From assembly GCA_016706685.1 (NCBI GenBank), contig JADJJE010000001.1, positions 129,575 through 193,574 of the forward strand: a stretch of DNA of 64,000 nucleotides. Direction: 5' to 3'. A program made the translations under genes and the position numbers. Source of the DNA: Sandaracinaceae bacterium (GTDB lineage Bacteria > Myxococcota_A > Polyangia > Polyangiales > Houyiibacteriaceae). Shown piece by piece: positions 63,500 through 64,000 of the stretch. Each line of letters starts with the position of its first letter. Position 1 is the first letter of the stretch. The notes under the pieces were generated by a model that ran no database searches, was not told the DNA's origin, and saw only the letters and a program-made list of their open reading frames with translations.

Positions 63500-64000
63500 A
63501 TGCTCGATCTCGCCCGTCTCAAGCGGATTCGCCTGACCCCCGAGCCCCTGGGTCAGCGCCTGGTGGGGGGCATCCTGCTGCACGCCAACTACAACGTGCC
63601 GCCGGGGAACGTGCGCATCGAGGTGGAGGGGCTCGACCGCCTGCCCAACGAGCCGGTCATCTTCGCGATGAACCACACGGACAAGTACAACTACTTCCCG
63701 TTCCAGTACCACCTCTGGAAGAAGACGGGGCGCCTCACCGCCACCTGGGTGAAGGGCAAGTACTACGAGAGCCCCAGCGTGGGCGCGTTCATGGAGTGGA
63801 CCAACCAGCTGCCCACCGTGTCGCGCGGCTACATCCTGGCGCGCGACTTCCTGAGCACTCTCGGCCGCCGCCCCACCGAGGACGAGTACGAGGCGCTGCG
63901 CCAGTGGATCAACGACACGGCCGCGGTGGACCGGGCAGACGGCGCGAAGCCCACGCTGCCCAGCCTGCAGCCGCTGTTGAACACCCCGCGGGACATCTTG
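63500..64000 (+). CDS. 1-acyl-sn-glycerol-3-phosphate acyltransferase-like (PlsC family), 3' end outside the window
   Basis: My own translation: MLDLARLKRIRLTPEPLGQRLVGGILLHANYNVPPGNVRIEVEGLDRLPNEPVIFAMNHTDKYNYFPF... It contains the NHxxxxD acyltransferase motif. Not in the ORF track because the ORF is open at the window end. An alternative GTG start is at 63482. Confidence 0.65.
   Translation, partial: MLDLARLKRIRLTPEPLGQRLVGGILLHANYNVPPGNVRIEVEGLDRLPNEPVIFAMNHTDKYNYFPFQYHLWKKTGRLTATWVKGKYYESPSVGAFMEWTNQLPTVSRGYILARDFLSTLGRRPTEDEYEALRQWINDTAAVDRADGAKPTLPSLQPLLNTPRDIL

Overview
Very GC-rich DNA, roughly 70% by eye. The gene content looks myxobacterial (Myxococcota): many lipoproteins, Myxococcus-type cysteine-rich repeats, a giant Ser/Thr-kinase fusion protein and a CorE-like ECF sigma factor. 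I support about 50 protein-coding genes. I see no rRNA, tRNA or CRISPR array. Most long ORFs in the six-frame track that lie antisense to, or in alternative frames of, these genes are GC-driven artefacts.

Gene content, left to right:
- A glycan/lipid-modification cluster: GT1, GT28-like glycosyltransferase, SAM methyltransferase, an HTTM-like membrane protein, patatin and Ugd.
- AidB-like acyl-CoA dehydrogenase with a PaaX-like regulator.
- efp with an epmA-like gene.
- mazG and a MocR-type regulator.
- A long minus-strand run: two CNNM/CorC genes, two MMPL/RND genes and a DUF1517 protein.
- A flavin amine oxidase, divergent from a 1793-aa kinase-STAND-TPR-GAF-cyclase protein.
- A metallothionein-like ORF translationally coupled to a Cys-tailed ECF sigma factor.
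- A 1322-aa TPR protein, an OYE-family reductase, cysteine-rich lipoproteins flanking a SOUL protein, and an AlkD-like gene.
- An ABC ATPase, an SGNH hydrolase, a DedA protein and a DEAD-box helicase.
- A four-gene operon: two FadL-like outer-membrane proteins, a lipoprotein and a TetR regulator.
- Monomeric icd, infA, a PhyH dioxygenase, a second TetR regulator, and a PlsC-like gene cut by the window end.

The only clear mobile DNA is a decayed IS66-family element (2501-4852) that splits the HTTM-like gene.

Most interesting candidates:
1. The 61-aa, 14-Cys ORF overlapping (GTGA) a CorE-like ECF sigma factor.
2. The cyclase domain of the giant kinase carries a Glu/Gly purine-specificity pair, which suggests a guanylate cyclase. 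A degenerate PilZ-like tail follows it.
3. A ~500-bp foldback, MITE-like element with 21-bp terminal inverted repeats and 11-bp flanking direct repeats. It sits inside a member of a family of hexamer-periodic long hairpins found just 3' of three genes.
4. The translationally coupled FadL-FadL-lipoprotein-TetR operon, with paired palindromes upstream.
5. IF-1 with an RGG-rich N-terminal extension.
6. An in-frame TGA followed by 34 codons that still look coding.

All functional calls come from motif recognition by eye. No database search was run.
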